A DNA stretch of 64,000 bases from Azolla caroliniana. Lineage: Eukaryota; Plantae; Polypodiophyta. Below the pieces are notes generated by a model. It was given only the letters and a program-made list of their open reading frames with translations, searched no databases and was not told the DNA's origin. This document shows, piece after piece, positions 11,641 through 22,986 of the stretch. The stretch is from NCBI GenBank assembly GCA_043228905.1, contig JBHGNT010000008.1, positions 12,710,001 through 12,774,000 of the forward strand, written 5' to 3'. Every line of letters begins with the position of its first letter. The stretch's first letter is position 1. The position numbers were made by a program, and so were the translations under genes.

Positions 11641-14600
11641 TGTTAGAGGTTGGCGCTTTCCAAAACCTTCACCTCTCGGCCACAACCGAGGAAACACGAA
11701 TCAATGCAGTAGTAAATCGAAAACACAGAGAGAGACTCGAATGCACAGGGTTTAACGTGGAAAACCCTAGACGGGAAAAACCACGGGAGTGCAAGACTCC
11801 AACTATCACTATACGCAGGGAATGTACAATGGCGAGCTGCAAGGCGATGACCTTGAGCTCGCTGTCCTCGCCACAGGCGGCGGTATTACACAGAGGCGTC
11901 GATCTCTTCCTTTCTCTCTCTCTCTCTCTCACTCTCTCTCTCTCTCGGCTGCTCTCACTTCGCTCCCACTAAGTAGAAAACAGAAAAATGAGCAACAACA
12001 TCAAAACTGTTTGCCCTAAGTCATATTTATACACATATGACTTTCGGGCTATTTACAAATATAGCCTCAAGGGCCCTTGGCAAACATATTCATAAATATA
12101 TCCCCGCATCCGGATCTCTCTCCGGGTACATTCATCATCCGGCTCCGTAGCCGGGGTCTTCATCATCCGGATCCGGAACCGGGTCTTCATCATCCGGCTC
12201 TTCGTTCCCGATTCCCGGACATCCGACCATCCCATCCGGAGGGACCGTAATCCCAACAAACTCCCCCTTCACTTCGGCATGGGATGTCTTTCCAGTCCGA
12301 CCCTCTTCCGGCACGCTTCCAGCTTGTCGTGTGTGAGCACTTTGGTCAGCATATCTGACCCGTTCTCGTCCGTGTGGATCTTCGTCAACACGAACTCCTG
12401 GTCTTCTATCCTTTCCCGGATCCAGTGATATCTTCGCTGGATGTGCTTCGTCCGGGAGTGATAGGCCGCGTTCTTCGCAAGGTGGATGGCACTCTGACTG
12501 TCGCAGTAGAGTCGGTACTCCTCCTGCCGGATACCGAGCTCTCTAATGAAGTCCTTCATCCATATTATTTCCTTGTCGGCTTCAACAGCCGCCATGTACT
12601 CCGCCTCCGTGGTTGACAACGCAACCGTCTTCTGCAGCCTCGACTGCCACAAAACAGCTCCCCCTGCATACGTCATCACATACCCTGATGTGGACCGGCT
12701 GGTATCTGCATCAGCCGACATATCCGAATCGGTAAAGCCGTCGAGTTCAGGCTTACCGGAGCCGAATCGGAGGCACACGTTTGCCATGCCCTTCAGGTAT
12801 CGGAGTATCCACTTGGCCGCGTTCCAGTGCTCTTTGCCGGGATTGCTCATGTACCGGCTCACCACTCCGACTGCATATCCTATGTCCGGTCTTGTACACA
12901 CCATTGCGTACATCAAGCTTCCGACGGCAGAGGCATATGGTACTTTCATCATGTCCTCCTTCTCAGCCTTTGTCTTGGGGCTTTGCTTGCTAGACAACTT
13001 GCAGTTTGCCGGGAGGGTGGTCCCGACCGGTCTTGCTTCCGACATGTTGAACCGGTGAAGCACCTTTGTCACGTACTTCTCCTGTGACAGCCACAACTGC
13101 TTCTTCTTCCGGTCCCGGATGATGTGCATCCCTAGTATTTGCCTCGCCGGACCCAGGTCCTTCATTGAGAAGGTTCGGTGAAGCGCTTTCTTCAGCATCC
13201 GTATCTTGACCTGGTCCCGTCCGACGATCAACATGTCGTCCACGTACAGGAGGAGTATTAGAAAGTCTCCTCCTTCGAACTTCTTCACAAACACGCAGTG
13301 ATCGGACTGCGTTTTGTGGTACCCTTCGTCGGTCATGAAGGAGTCGAACTTCCGGTACCACTGCCGGGGAGCCTGCTTTAGTCCGTAAAGGCTCTTCTTC
13401 AACCGGCATACCAGGTGCTCCTTCCCTTTCTTCTCGAATCCTTCCGGTTGCTGCATGTAGATCTCTTCTTCGAGGTCACCGTGAAGGAATGCCGTCTTCA
13501 CATCCATCTGTTCTACCTCGAGGTCCGTGCTTGCCGCTATGCTCAACACCGTCCGGATGGAGGTCATCTTCACTACCGGGGCAAATATCTCATCGAAGTC
13601 AACGCCCTTCTTCTGCTGGAACCCCTTCACCACGATCCTGGCTTTGTATCTCGGGGGGTTTCCGGCATCTCCCGGTTTCAGCTTGAACACCCACTTGTTT
13701 CGAAGTGCCCGCTTTCCTTTCGGCAACTCCACAAGTTCATATGTGTGGTTCTCATGCAGGGAATCCATCTCCTCCTGCATGGCACTTAACCACCTGCGGC
13801 TATGGGTGTCAACCTTTGCTTCTTCAAAACTCTCCGGCTCCCCCTCATCGGTTAGCAGCACGTGCTCTGGTTCCGGAAATCTCCGGGGGGCCCTTCTCTC
13901 TCTTAGAGGATATCTCCGTTCCGGAGCTTCGGTAACCGGCTCCTCCGTTTCCTCTTCATCCGAATCCATTTCGGGATCGGGACCGGTTCCGGTATCAGTT
14001 TCATCTTCCTCGGCCGGTTCTGTTTCTTCACCATCTTCGGCCGGATCCTCGAGTGCTAACCGGTCCCTTGCCGGTCGGGACTCCTCCTCGTAGAGTTGAT
14101 CCTCACCGGTCGACTTGGAGCTCTTCATCTTCTTCTCCGACTCCCAGTCGGCGAGTGTCTTGTCCTCCATGAAGATGATATCACGACTCCGGAATATCTT
14201 TTTGTCGACCGGGTCCCATACGCGGTAGCCGAACTCATCATCGCCGTAACCGAGGAATATGCATGGCCGGGTCTTTGGATCTAGCTTTCCTCTCCAGTCC
14301 TTTGCCACATGCACATATGCGAGACACCCGAACACCTTCAGATGCCGGTAGGATACTTCCCTACCGGTCCACACTCTCTGCGGCGTGTCTCCGTCCAAAG
14401 GTACTGAGGGTGATCTGTTTATCACGTATGTCGCCGTCGACATTGCCTCAGCCCAAAACCCCTTGGGTAATTTCGCATGCGCCAGCATACTCCGGACCCT
14501 CTCCATTATGGTCCGGTTCATCCTCTCGGCCAGCCCGTTCAGTTCCGGCGTCTTCGGCACAGTAAACTCGAGCCGGATTCCCTTCGAGCGACAATACTCC

Positions 14601-16991
14601 TTGAACTGCCCCTGGTATTCCCCTCCGTTATCCGCTCGTATCGCTTTCAGCTTCTTGCCGGTTTCCCTTTCCACTCTCGCGTGGAGTTCTTTGAAAACGC
14701 ACAACACTTGGTCCTTTGTCTTCAACGGTGCCGTCCACAGCTTCCGGCTGTGGTCATCAATGAATGTCACGAAGTACTGGGCTCCGCCATGTGACTTCGT
14801 TTCTACTTGACACACGTCAGTGTGCACCAACTCCAATGGTGCGCTACGTCTCGTCGGTGGCCTTGAGTGGAAGGAGGTTCGGTTCTGCTTACCGGCCAGG
14901 CAATCAGTGCACTTCTCCAGGTGCACGTGCTTCACTAGAATAAGGTTGTCTTCTGCAAGCCTCTTCATCCCCTTTTCACTCATGTGGCACAGTCTCTTGT
15001 GCCACAGCTCACCGGCAGTGTCGGCTGCCACGTTCAACTCCTCCGGACACAACCAGGCATTCATAAGGTACAGTGTGTTGACTTTCCGGGCCCGAGCCAC
15101 TATCAGGCTCCCCTTGTTGAACTTCATTACGCAGTTCCGGATGCTACCTGTGTAGCCTTCATCGTCTAGCCTCCCGGCCGAAATCAGGTTCAATTGAACC
15201 TCCAGAACGTGTCGGACATCCTTCAGCAACATTTTGCATCCGGTCGAGGTTGTCAACCACACGTCTCCTATGCCGGCAATCCGGCACGTACCTTCATTTC
15301 CCATCCGAACACAGCCATGCTCACCGGCTGTGTAGGATGAGAAGTATCTTCTTTCCGGGGTCAGGTGGAACGACGCTCCGGAATCGACCACCCAGGTAGT
15401 CTCGTCGCCGGCAATGTTTAGTTCACCTTCTTCGGTGATGAGCATGATCTCCTCTTCACTTGCCGCGAGTGCCGTCGTTCCTTTCCGGTCCTGCCCTCGC
15501 CAATCCAAACCATTCCAGTCCGTGGCTCCCCGGTAAGCACCGTTCCGTTCCGAAGACTTCTTCGAATCGGTATCGTCGGCTCCGTTGTCTTTTCGGTAAT
15601 GCCGACAATTCTTTCGGAAGTGCCCCGGCTTCCCACAGTGGAAGCATGTGGGCCTTCCTCTTGATTGCGATCGGGTCCCCGACTTCTCCCGTCTTTGCGG
15701 ATTCCGGTTCCGTTGTCTTCCCCGATCCGATTCGGTAAGCAACATCTTCGGATCGGAGGCCGGTTCTTTATCTCTCCGATGCGCTTCTTCGTTCAGAATG
15801 CTTGTCTTTACCGTTTGTAGGGACAAGTTATCTTCGGTGCAGGAGGTGCTGAGAGTCACCACCAAGTTCTCCCAGCTTTCCGGCAATGTACACATCAGGA
15901 TGATGGCTTGCATTGCATCCTCCAACGGGAACTTGATCGCCGCAAGCTGGTTCACGAATCCCATGAACATGCTTACGTGTTCCACCATACTCTCGCCGTC
16001 CCGGTACTTGAGGTTCACTATCTTCCTCATCAGGGAGGTCCGGTTCAACGCATTCTTCCTCTCGTAGAGGCCCGACAGCTTCCGCCACATCTCATATGCG
16101 TTGGTGTCGTTCGCCACATGTTGTAGAACGCTCACGTCGACGTATTGCCGAATGGTTGCAACGGCCTTCCGGTTCAGAAGCCTCCATTCCGTCTCAAGTA
16201 CCCCCTTGGGTATTTCCGACCTGTCGATCGGTTCATACAGGTCCCGAACAATGAGCAGATCCTCCATCTTTATCTTCCAGTCGGCGTAGTTCTGCGCATT
16301 CAGCACCATCATCCCCGGCTGCCCGCTGCTACCGCCTTCCATTTTCTGCACTGCAGTCGCTCTGATACCAGATTGTTAGAGGTTGGCGCTTTCCAAAACC
16401 TTCACCTCTCGGCCACAACCGAGGAAACACGAATCAATGCAGCAGTAAATCGAAAACACAGAGAGAGACTCGAATGCACAGGGTTTAACGTGGAAAACCC
16501 TAGACGGGAAAAACCACGGGAGTGCAAGACTCCAACTATCACTATACGCAGGGAATGTACAATGGCGAGCTGCAAGGCGACGACCTTGAGCTCGCTGTCC
16601 TCGCCACAGGCGGCGGTATTACACAGAGGCGTCGATCTCTTCCTTTCTCTCTCTCTCTCTCTCTCACTCTCTCTCTCTCGGCTGCTCTCACTTCGCTCCC
16701 ACTAAGTAGAAAACAGAAAAATGAGCAACAACATCAAAACTGTTTGCCCTAAGTCATATTTATACACATATGACTTTCGGGCTATTTACAAATATAGCCT
16801 CAAGGGCCCTTGGCAAACATATTCATAAATATATCCCCGCATCCGGATCTCTCTCCGGGTACATTCATCATCCGGCTCCGTAGCCGGGATCTTCATCATC
16901 CGGATCCGGAACCGGGTCTTCATCATCCGGCTCTTCGTTCCCGATTCCCAGACATCTGACCATCCCATCCAGAGGGACCGTAATCCCAACA
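11641..16991 (-). mobile_element. Full-length, apparently intact Ty1/copia element (family B, Tnt1/Tork-like)
   Basis: 618-bp LTRs at 11641-12258 and 16374-16991, about 6 transitions by eye. TSD AAGGA at 11636-11640/16992-16996. PBS 16359-16370. PPT 12259-12268. Confidence 0.98.
12269..16351 (-). CDS. Intact copia Gag-Pol polyprotein, 1360 aa
   Basis: Single ORF with CFHCGKPGHFRKNC, WVVDSGAS, HHCC and DDE integrase, YVDD, FTDSD and SDMLTK. Confidence 0.97.
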   Translation of the reverse strand: MQKMEGGSSGQPGMMVLNAQNYADWKIKMEDLLIVRDLYEPIDRSEIPKGVLETEWRLLNRKAVATIRQYVDVSVLQHVANDTNAYEMWRKLSGLYERKNALNRTSLMRKIVNLKYRDGESMVEHVSMFMGFVNQLAAIKFPLEDAMQAIILMCTLPESWENLVVTLSTSCTEDNLSLQTVKTSILNEEAHRRDKEPASDPKMLLTESDRGRQRNRNPQRREKSGTRSQSRGRPTCFHCGKPGHFRKNCRHYRKDNGADDTDSKKSSERNGAYRGATDWNGLDWRGQDRKGTTALAASEEEIMLITEEGELNIAGDETTWVVDSGASFHLTPERRYFSSYTAGEHGCVRMGNEGTCRIAGIGDVWLTTSTGCKMLLKDVRHVLEVQLNLISAGRLDDEGYTGSIRNCVMKFNKGSLIVARARKVNTLYLMNAWLCPEELNVAADTAGELWHKRLCHMSEKGMKRLAEDNLILVKHVHLEKCTDCLAGKQNRTSFHSRPPTRRSAPLELVHTDVCQVETKSHGGAQYFVTFIDDHSRKLWTAPLKTKDQVLCVFKELHARVERETGKKLKAIRADNGGEYQGQFKEYCRSKGIRLEFTVPKTPELNGLAERMNRTIMERVRSMLAHAKLPKGFWAEAMSTATYVINRSPSVPLDGDTPQRVWTGREVSYRHLKVFGCLAYVHVAKDWRGKLDPKTRPCIFLGYGDDEFGYRVWDPVDKKIFRSRDIIFMEDKTLADWESEKKMKSSKSTGEDQLYEEESRPARDRLALEDPAEDGEETEPAEEDETDTGTGPDPEMDSDEEETEEPVTEAPERRYPLRERRAPRRFPEPEHVLLTDEGEPESFEEAKVDTHSRRWLSAMQEEMDSLHENHTYELVELPKGKRALRNKWVFKLKPGDAGNPPRYKARIVVKGFQQKKGVDFDEIFAPVVKMTSIRTVLSIAASTDLEVEQMDVKTAFLHGDLEEEIYMQQPEGFEKKGKEHLVCRLKKSLYGLKQAPRQWYRKFDSFMTDEGYHKTQSDHCVFVKKFEGGDFLILLLYVDDMLIVGRDQVKIRMLKKALHRTFSMKDLGPARQILGMHIIRDRKKKQLWLSQEKYVTKVLHRFNMSEARPVGTTLPANCKLSSKQSPKTKAEKEDMMKVPYASAVGSLMYAMVCTRPDIGYAVGVVSRYMSNPGKEHWNAAKWILRYLKGMANVCLRFGSGKPELDGFTDSDMSADADTSRSTSGYVMTYAGGAVLWQSRLQKTVALSTTEAEYMAAVEADKEIIWMKDFIRELGIRQEEYRLYCDSQSAIHLAKNAAYHSRTKHIQRRYHWIRERIEDQEFVLTKIHTDENGSDMLTKVLTHDKLEACRKRVGLERHPMPK

Positions 16992-18895
16992 AAGGATAAG
17001 TCTAAAATGGCTAAGAGGCTTAAGACTGGCGTTGAACCAATTTGGTTCAACATAATGCCTAGTGCCTTCTTTTATAGTGTTCTCAAGAGTAATCCTGAAG
17101 CTTCTAGAATGTTCCAGAGAAATCTATAATATATATTCATTTCCTATAATAAAACGTAAATGAAAATAATATTCTACGTATTACAATAGATGGGCTAATG
17201 GTCAAGAGCTCGACCCATATAACATAAGGTGATGGGTTCGAGGCTTGCCATATCATGACACTATCTCCCCCTTAAGCCGACGAGTGGAACGAGTCGGCGC
17301 TAATTGCAGACCGGGTTTGTCCGGATACTTTCGATGGAACTCAGCAAGAAGATCATGAGCATTGGCGACATGCTCGATGGGTTCCCAAGGACGTTCACTC
17401 GGACTATAGTCAAGCCAATCGACCAAATAATAAAGTTTGTTGCGAACAAATTTAGAGTCGAGGATGGCAGCAACTTCATAGTCCGGGTCGGTGTCTAACT
17501 CAAGTGGGGGCGACGGTGGTGTAACATGATCGGGAAGAGTGTTTGCTTTATAAGGTTCAAGAAGAGAACTAAGGAAGACCAGATGTATCCGAAGATGCGG
17601 AGGAAGATCAATGCGGAACGTGACATCATTAACCTTACCAATAATACGGAAAGGACCGAGTCGGCGATAATCCAACTTCTCGCACGGTCGAGGATTGGTA
17701 GGTAGCTCCGGGGTGTCGATCACCGACCAACGAGGATGAGAACTGGTATAAGCGTAGAATGGGGAGACTCGAGTCGAGGAGTGAACAACATTATTATACG
17801 CAAACTCCGCAAACTAGAGAATCTCGGCCCAATCGTCTTGTTGATAACTCAAGAAACACCATAGATATTGCTCCATCGTTTGGTTTGTTCGTTCCGCCTG
17901 CCCATCGGTCTGAGGATGGTAGCCGGAGGAGAGGTTGCAAGAGACCTTGAGCATCTTGAACGGATGCTGCCAAAATTTGGAGACAAATTGCGGTCCTCGA
18001 TCATTGATGATACTGTCTGGGAGGCCATGATGCCAAAATACCTCACGCATGACAAGGGCGGTGGTTTCCTCGCTAGTGATGGCCTTAATACACGGCACAA
18101 AATGTGCCATCTTCATATATCAATCGACGACGGTTAAGATAGCATCGAACCCCTTCGAGTCCAGCAGATCTGTGATAAAATCAAGACAAATAGATTGCCA
18201 CGGCTTACATGGAATCGGTAAGGGTTCCAACAAGCCATATGGATGGTGTCGTGGCATCTTTGCTCGGTAGCGAGCATCACAGGTCCGAACGTAGTCGTCA
18301 ACAAAACGTCGCATATGGGGCCACCAAAAGGATCGTTGAATTATATCCAACGTCTTAGTGCTACCGAAATGTCCCGCCATATGGGTGTCATGACAACTTT
18401 GGACGATTTGAAGGCGATAGGAGCAATCGGGGACATATACAAGCTTTTTAAAGAATAACAAACCATCATGATATTCGAATTGTCGGTAGTCCATACCTGG
18501 TTGTTGAGACTGGGAACAGGATGCCCAAGAGGTATCAATGTGCGCCAGAATGTCTTGAGCAAAATTGTCCATCTTCAAATTCGCACGTATGGTGTCGATA
18601 ATCTGGGAATCCATTGGGGTGTGAAAAATCCACGTTGTGTGCAATCGTGTTGGTCCCAAGATTACTTGTTTCCCTGGTCGATATGCGATTTTGAAATCAA
18701 AACGTGTGAGGAATTGAGCCCACCTAGCTTGTCGTCGATTTAGCACACGAGCGTTCTGGAAATAAGAAAGATTCTTGTGATCACTGAAGACGATGACCTG
18801 ATGTGGAGAGCCCTCCAAAAAATGCCGCCATTGCACAAATGAATCCACGATGGCTAATAACTCCTTGTCATGTATTTCGTAGTTGATTTCCGCAT

Positions 18896-20050
18896 GGCAA
18901 AAGCGTAGGTCCTCTTCGGTAGGGAGTGTTCTTTGGAGTGCTCCCATCGTCAACCACGAACTCGTTTTGTCCATTTCCATGACCCGATCAATGACCTGGT
19001 CTATTGTGCTGGTCCGAAAATCTATGACAGCACACACGGTTCGGAGAGGTTCCAGGAGTGCTGCCAAAAATACCGCTTTCGCATCTGCTTCTGGCGGTGC
19101 TCTAGTGAGTTGACTATGCATTGTCTAGAACTGGATAACGAACTGCTAAATGGTTTCAGACGGGTCCTCCCGTGTCGTATAAAATTGGCCAACAATCTCT
19201 CTTTGATCCACCTGCCTATGGAAGAAGTGTAGAAATCTAGTCTTTAAATCCTCAAACGTGACGATACTGCCGGGGAGGTGCTTGGAGGGCCAACGTGTCG
19301 CAAGACCCTCTAAAGTCATGCCGAATTCTGCAATTTTTTATCATTCTACCTCAGCTTCGTTCAGTCGGTGGGAGACATGATTCACCTCCCAAGCTTGGAG
19401 AAATGCGTTTACATGGGCTTCCACGTCCGGGTCATCCCGATACTTCGGATATTGGTACGGCATTATGTCGTCATCTTCTTATGCTGTTGGGGCTGGTGTC
19501 AGAACTCGCTCCTCCTCTTGGTGTTTTGTTCGAAGGTCATTTTGTCTGGAGTTTCCGGTTTTGTTGTTTCCAGGTCTGGTTTTGTTGTTGTGGGCTCTAG
19601 TTTTGTTGTTTCCGGCTCCGGTGTCGTTATGTGGTCCAACTCGTCGTCTTCTGAGTCATCCGGGGTATCATGGCTACTACGATAATTCGATTGGACCTTG
19701 TGTTCGCCGTCCGAATCCGATTCGATGGCGGAGAACGCTTCCAAACCATCGTCTCTTGTGGCAAGTGTCTACAAAATGGACTCTGCTTCCTACAGACTAC
19801 TCCGACTACTTCCTTCGTACGGGTGGTGGTTCTATTGCAATCGGAGTGACTCCTCCGCGACCCGCCAAATCACTCTGGAAAAAGACCGATTCGACCGAAT
19901 CTCCTCCGCCACCTGCTGGTAAGCCTCCCGCTTCCGCAGTCTCTCGGCGAGTCTTCTCGCTCGCTCGGCCACTAGGTCATTCGTTGTTCTATTCATCCAT
20001 TCCCCCGCTATTCACTGCACTTTTTTGTAGGAATTGTGGTCGCAAAAACT
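18896..20050 (-). pseudogene. Gag fragment of another gypsy-type element joined to the chromovirus RNase H
   Basis: Retrotrans_gag-like translation (DLKTRFL..F, AKAVFLAAL..PLR) with 21-bp repeats encoding PETTK. Abrupt switch to AEINYEIHDKE near 18895. Confidence 0.55.
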
Positions 20051-20051
20051 A

Positions 20052-22986
20052 TGTTGTCACCGGGCTAGACAAGACAGTAACACAAGGTGTCCCTTTGGAA
20101 CACTACACCAAAGGGGTGGTATGGTAAGGAATGTGCAAACCATGATACAAAACCGATCTTTCCCGGTTACTATCCGGAATGATTAACTTGATACACGCAT
20201 ATGATAATCACATTAAGCACAGAACGGTATTAACGAGATAAACAATATGTAAAGACACAACACTTCTCTATTAATTATCCGTCCTTACTTACATCGTCTC
20301 CGGATCCTTTTATAGGTATCCGACTGGGTTACAAACCGGTGTCAACCGGCAACCAACTACGAACCAGTTCAAATCCGGATCAACATACCAATTCCGGGTC
20401 CGTCCGTCCATTCTTATAATGATCATAATTTAACTAATTACAACTCCCAAAACCAACTCCCCCTTTCATACTCTGGCCTAACCGGCCAATAGATTTCCAT
20501 GGCTGATCATGCATGTTGACTCCCTGAGAGTCATTCGGTACCCGTCTTCTTCTAACATGCCGATGGAGATGAGACTCCTTTTCAGATCAGGTACATGCTG
20601 GACTTGGTATAGGGTGATCATGTTGCCATTGGGCAATTGGATGGGAACCTCTCTGGTCCCTGTGATTCTGCAGTCCTGCCCGTGCATAGTCGGACTGTGA
20701 CATTAGAGTCGGCTAAATAGTTCAAAAACCATTCAATATTAGGAGTCACATGGAATGTGGCACTATAATCCAGTAACCATGTGTGTGCATCTTGTGCACT
20801 ATAGAGGACTTCCCCGATCATTGAATCCTCTAAGGAGAGAATTTCTCCAGATCGGGTGTCGGCAACGTTGATTTGGTTGCTAACGGGAGAGTGGTCTGAG
20901 TCGGGTCATCCTCAATTCCACTCGGATCGCCTACTACTCTCTTTCCTCTTGATCGACCAACAGTCAGAAACATTGTGGCCAACATTTTTGCAATGTGAGT
21001 AGAATTCGGTTGATCGGCTAGTTTTCAACTTCGACCGTTGTCGGTCTCCCCTCGTTCTTGATCGGTTGGTGTTCCAACCGGTTCTATCGGTTTGTTCTCT
21101 TGATCGACTCAATCGGTCGATCAACTCGGTCGAGTGGTGGGCTTCTGCCCATTCATCGATGGTGAGTCCCATCGATTTTCGCCGATTGTCCCCAGTGAGG
21201 ACTTGGCCGATCGTCTCATCCAGATTTAGGATCAGTCGACTGTTGGCAATGTCGTGCCTTTCGGTGCCAGATTGTTGCATGAGTCGGGTGGGAACCGCTG
21301 GGGTTTTGGACTAGGAGGAGGAAGAATTTGAGACGAGTTTAGTTATGAATATGAATAGATTATAAGAAAGAAAGATATGAAACTCGTGAATCCCACGAGT
21401 ATAGTGTATTAATTAATGTTTAGGAAAGAATATGAATTTAGATTGCAAGAGAGAAATAGATGGCAAATTTGTGAATCCCACGAATATAATATATTAATCA
21501 ACCCTTAAAAAAACAACAACGATATACATCTTTCTCTCTTCCTTATATAGTGATTGAAGAGGCTAAACATAGCATAATGCTTTTCTAAAGTGTTCATGCA
21601 CACTAGATGTCCCTGAATAGCTTTTTCTACCATGCTTTTAATTTCTAAATATAGTTCTCATGCACTCTAAACGTGCATGAGTAACTTTTTCTTTGTTTGC
21701 GTTTTTCTTCTAAATAAAGTTTTTATGCACTCCAAATGTGCATGGGTTGTTTTTTATAAAAATTGGCGTAAATATAACTCCTATACCTATTAAAAAAATC
21801 TATGATATTTAGATCACTTATGATATGTTAGTACAATGGTAAGGTTTGGGTTTTGTTTACATGGAGGTACAGGGTTCAAATCTTGCCTTATGCATGTAAT
21901 ATATATTTTAGTATTTTCTTTTATTTCTTTATGCATACTTAATCGGATATTTCTTACATATTTCACGTAGTGTGCGAATTACACTATGACAACGTATGTC
22001 GTGCAGAATACCTCCCAACTCGCTGGCAAGCTCGATAGAAGGGCAAGGGCTTTCACTTCTTCTTCAAAGTTAATCCCTTGTTAAGAAAGTTCTGACAACA
22101 CCCGGCTGAGGGTGTTGATGTGGGAGGTAGCTGGATCGGTCTCTCTCATCTTCATGTTGAACAGTTGTTTGATCAAAATCAGTTTTGAAGATGAGGACTT
22201 TTTCTCGTACACGGCTTGTAGCTTCTCCCACAATGAGAACATTGTCGTCTCTTTTGCCATACTGAAGTAGACGTTTTTAGCCAGATGCATTCGGATGGTG
22301 GAGCGTGCAATTTCGTCTGTAGATCTCCACTCTTCGGCTGTCATCAAGGCAGGTTTTTCACTGTGTTGAATGTCGTCGACTTGTCTTCTGATGATCAGCA
22401 TGTCCTGCATCATCTCCTTCCATAGGGCAAAGTTTTTGCCATCAAATTTTATGATTTCAACTCCTGTTCCAAATGTTGAAGTCATGTTCTTCTTTGAAAG
22501 TGAGATTTTACTGACCTGGTCTTTTTCCTTTCAGCTTATCTACTATTTGTTGCCGCCGAACCACAGGTCGCTCTGATACCAGTTGAAGGGCAGATATGCA
22601 CGGAAACATAAGTGTGTGTGTGAGAGAGAGAGAGGACCTATCGTATGTGTTCAACAAACTACACAGAATAGAGGCAAGAAGATATAACAGAAGATAGACA
22701 TGGTTTAAGCTTTAATGGAAGCTTTGTTATTGCATTCGTTCTCTCTCTCTCTCTCTCTAAGACTTAATTTACAAGATGATCAAGAGGTCTACTTTTACAA
22801 CATTAGGTTATTGCTTATATACTAAAGCCCTAACTCTTTGGACGAGTTCACACTAGGATACAAATTGGAAGGAGTCGACCTTTTATGCCAACACAAATTG
22901 TCAGAATCCTAATATATCTTACAATCACCCGACCCGACATCAGCTATCTGGTCGGGGTGATAAGTTAGTTTATGCAGCGATCAACA
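20052..22986 (-). mobile_element. Deleted, degenerate copia element: gag-PR, PBS 22570-22581, candidate LTRs about 22584-22986 and 20052-20455 that do not match each other
   Basis: IKFDGKNFALWK gag start, HCKNVGHNVSDC knuckle, WLLDYSATFHVT protease, PBS TGGTATCAGAGC, PPT-like AGGGGGAGT near 20456-20464. Confidence 0.7.
21258..21995. mobile_element. 738-bp AT-rich insertion of unknown class in copia gag
   Basis: Flanked by the 9-bp direct repeat ATGTCGTGC (21249-21257 and 21996-22004). No TIRs or poly(A) seen. Confidence 0.65.

Larger units (their letters stand above)
11502..18895 (-). mobile_element. 3' half of a Tcn1-like chromovirus: RNase H, integrase, chromodomain, PPT and 3' LTR (11502-11640 plus 16997-17260, split by copia B)
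   Basis: NYEIHDKELLAIV, RRQARW, GHFG, PQTDGQAER. Chromodomain YEVAAILDSK..YYLVDWLDYSPSERPWEP. LTR termini TGTCATGA..TCATGACA. Purine tract directly inside 17260. Confidence 0.85.

Noticed and set aside
11640-12259. ORFs within copia B LTRs, repeated at 16145-16992 and 32243-32918
   Set aside because: They recur only because the LTR is repeated, run through microsatellites and show no domain motifs.
21826-21895. Functional tRNA gene
   Set aside because: Box motifs are present but there are no consistent acceptor or anticodon stems. Kept only as a tRNA-like segment.
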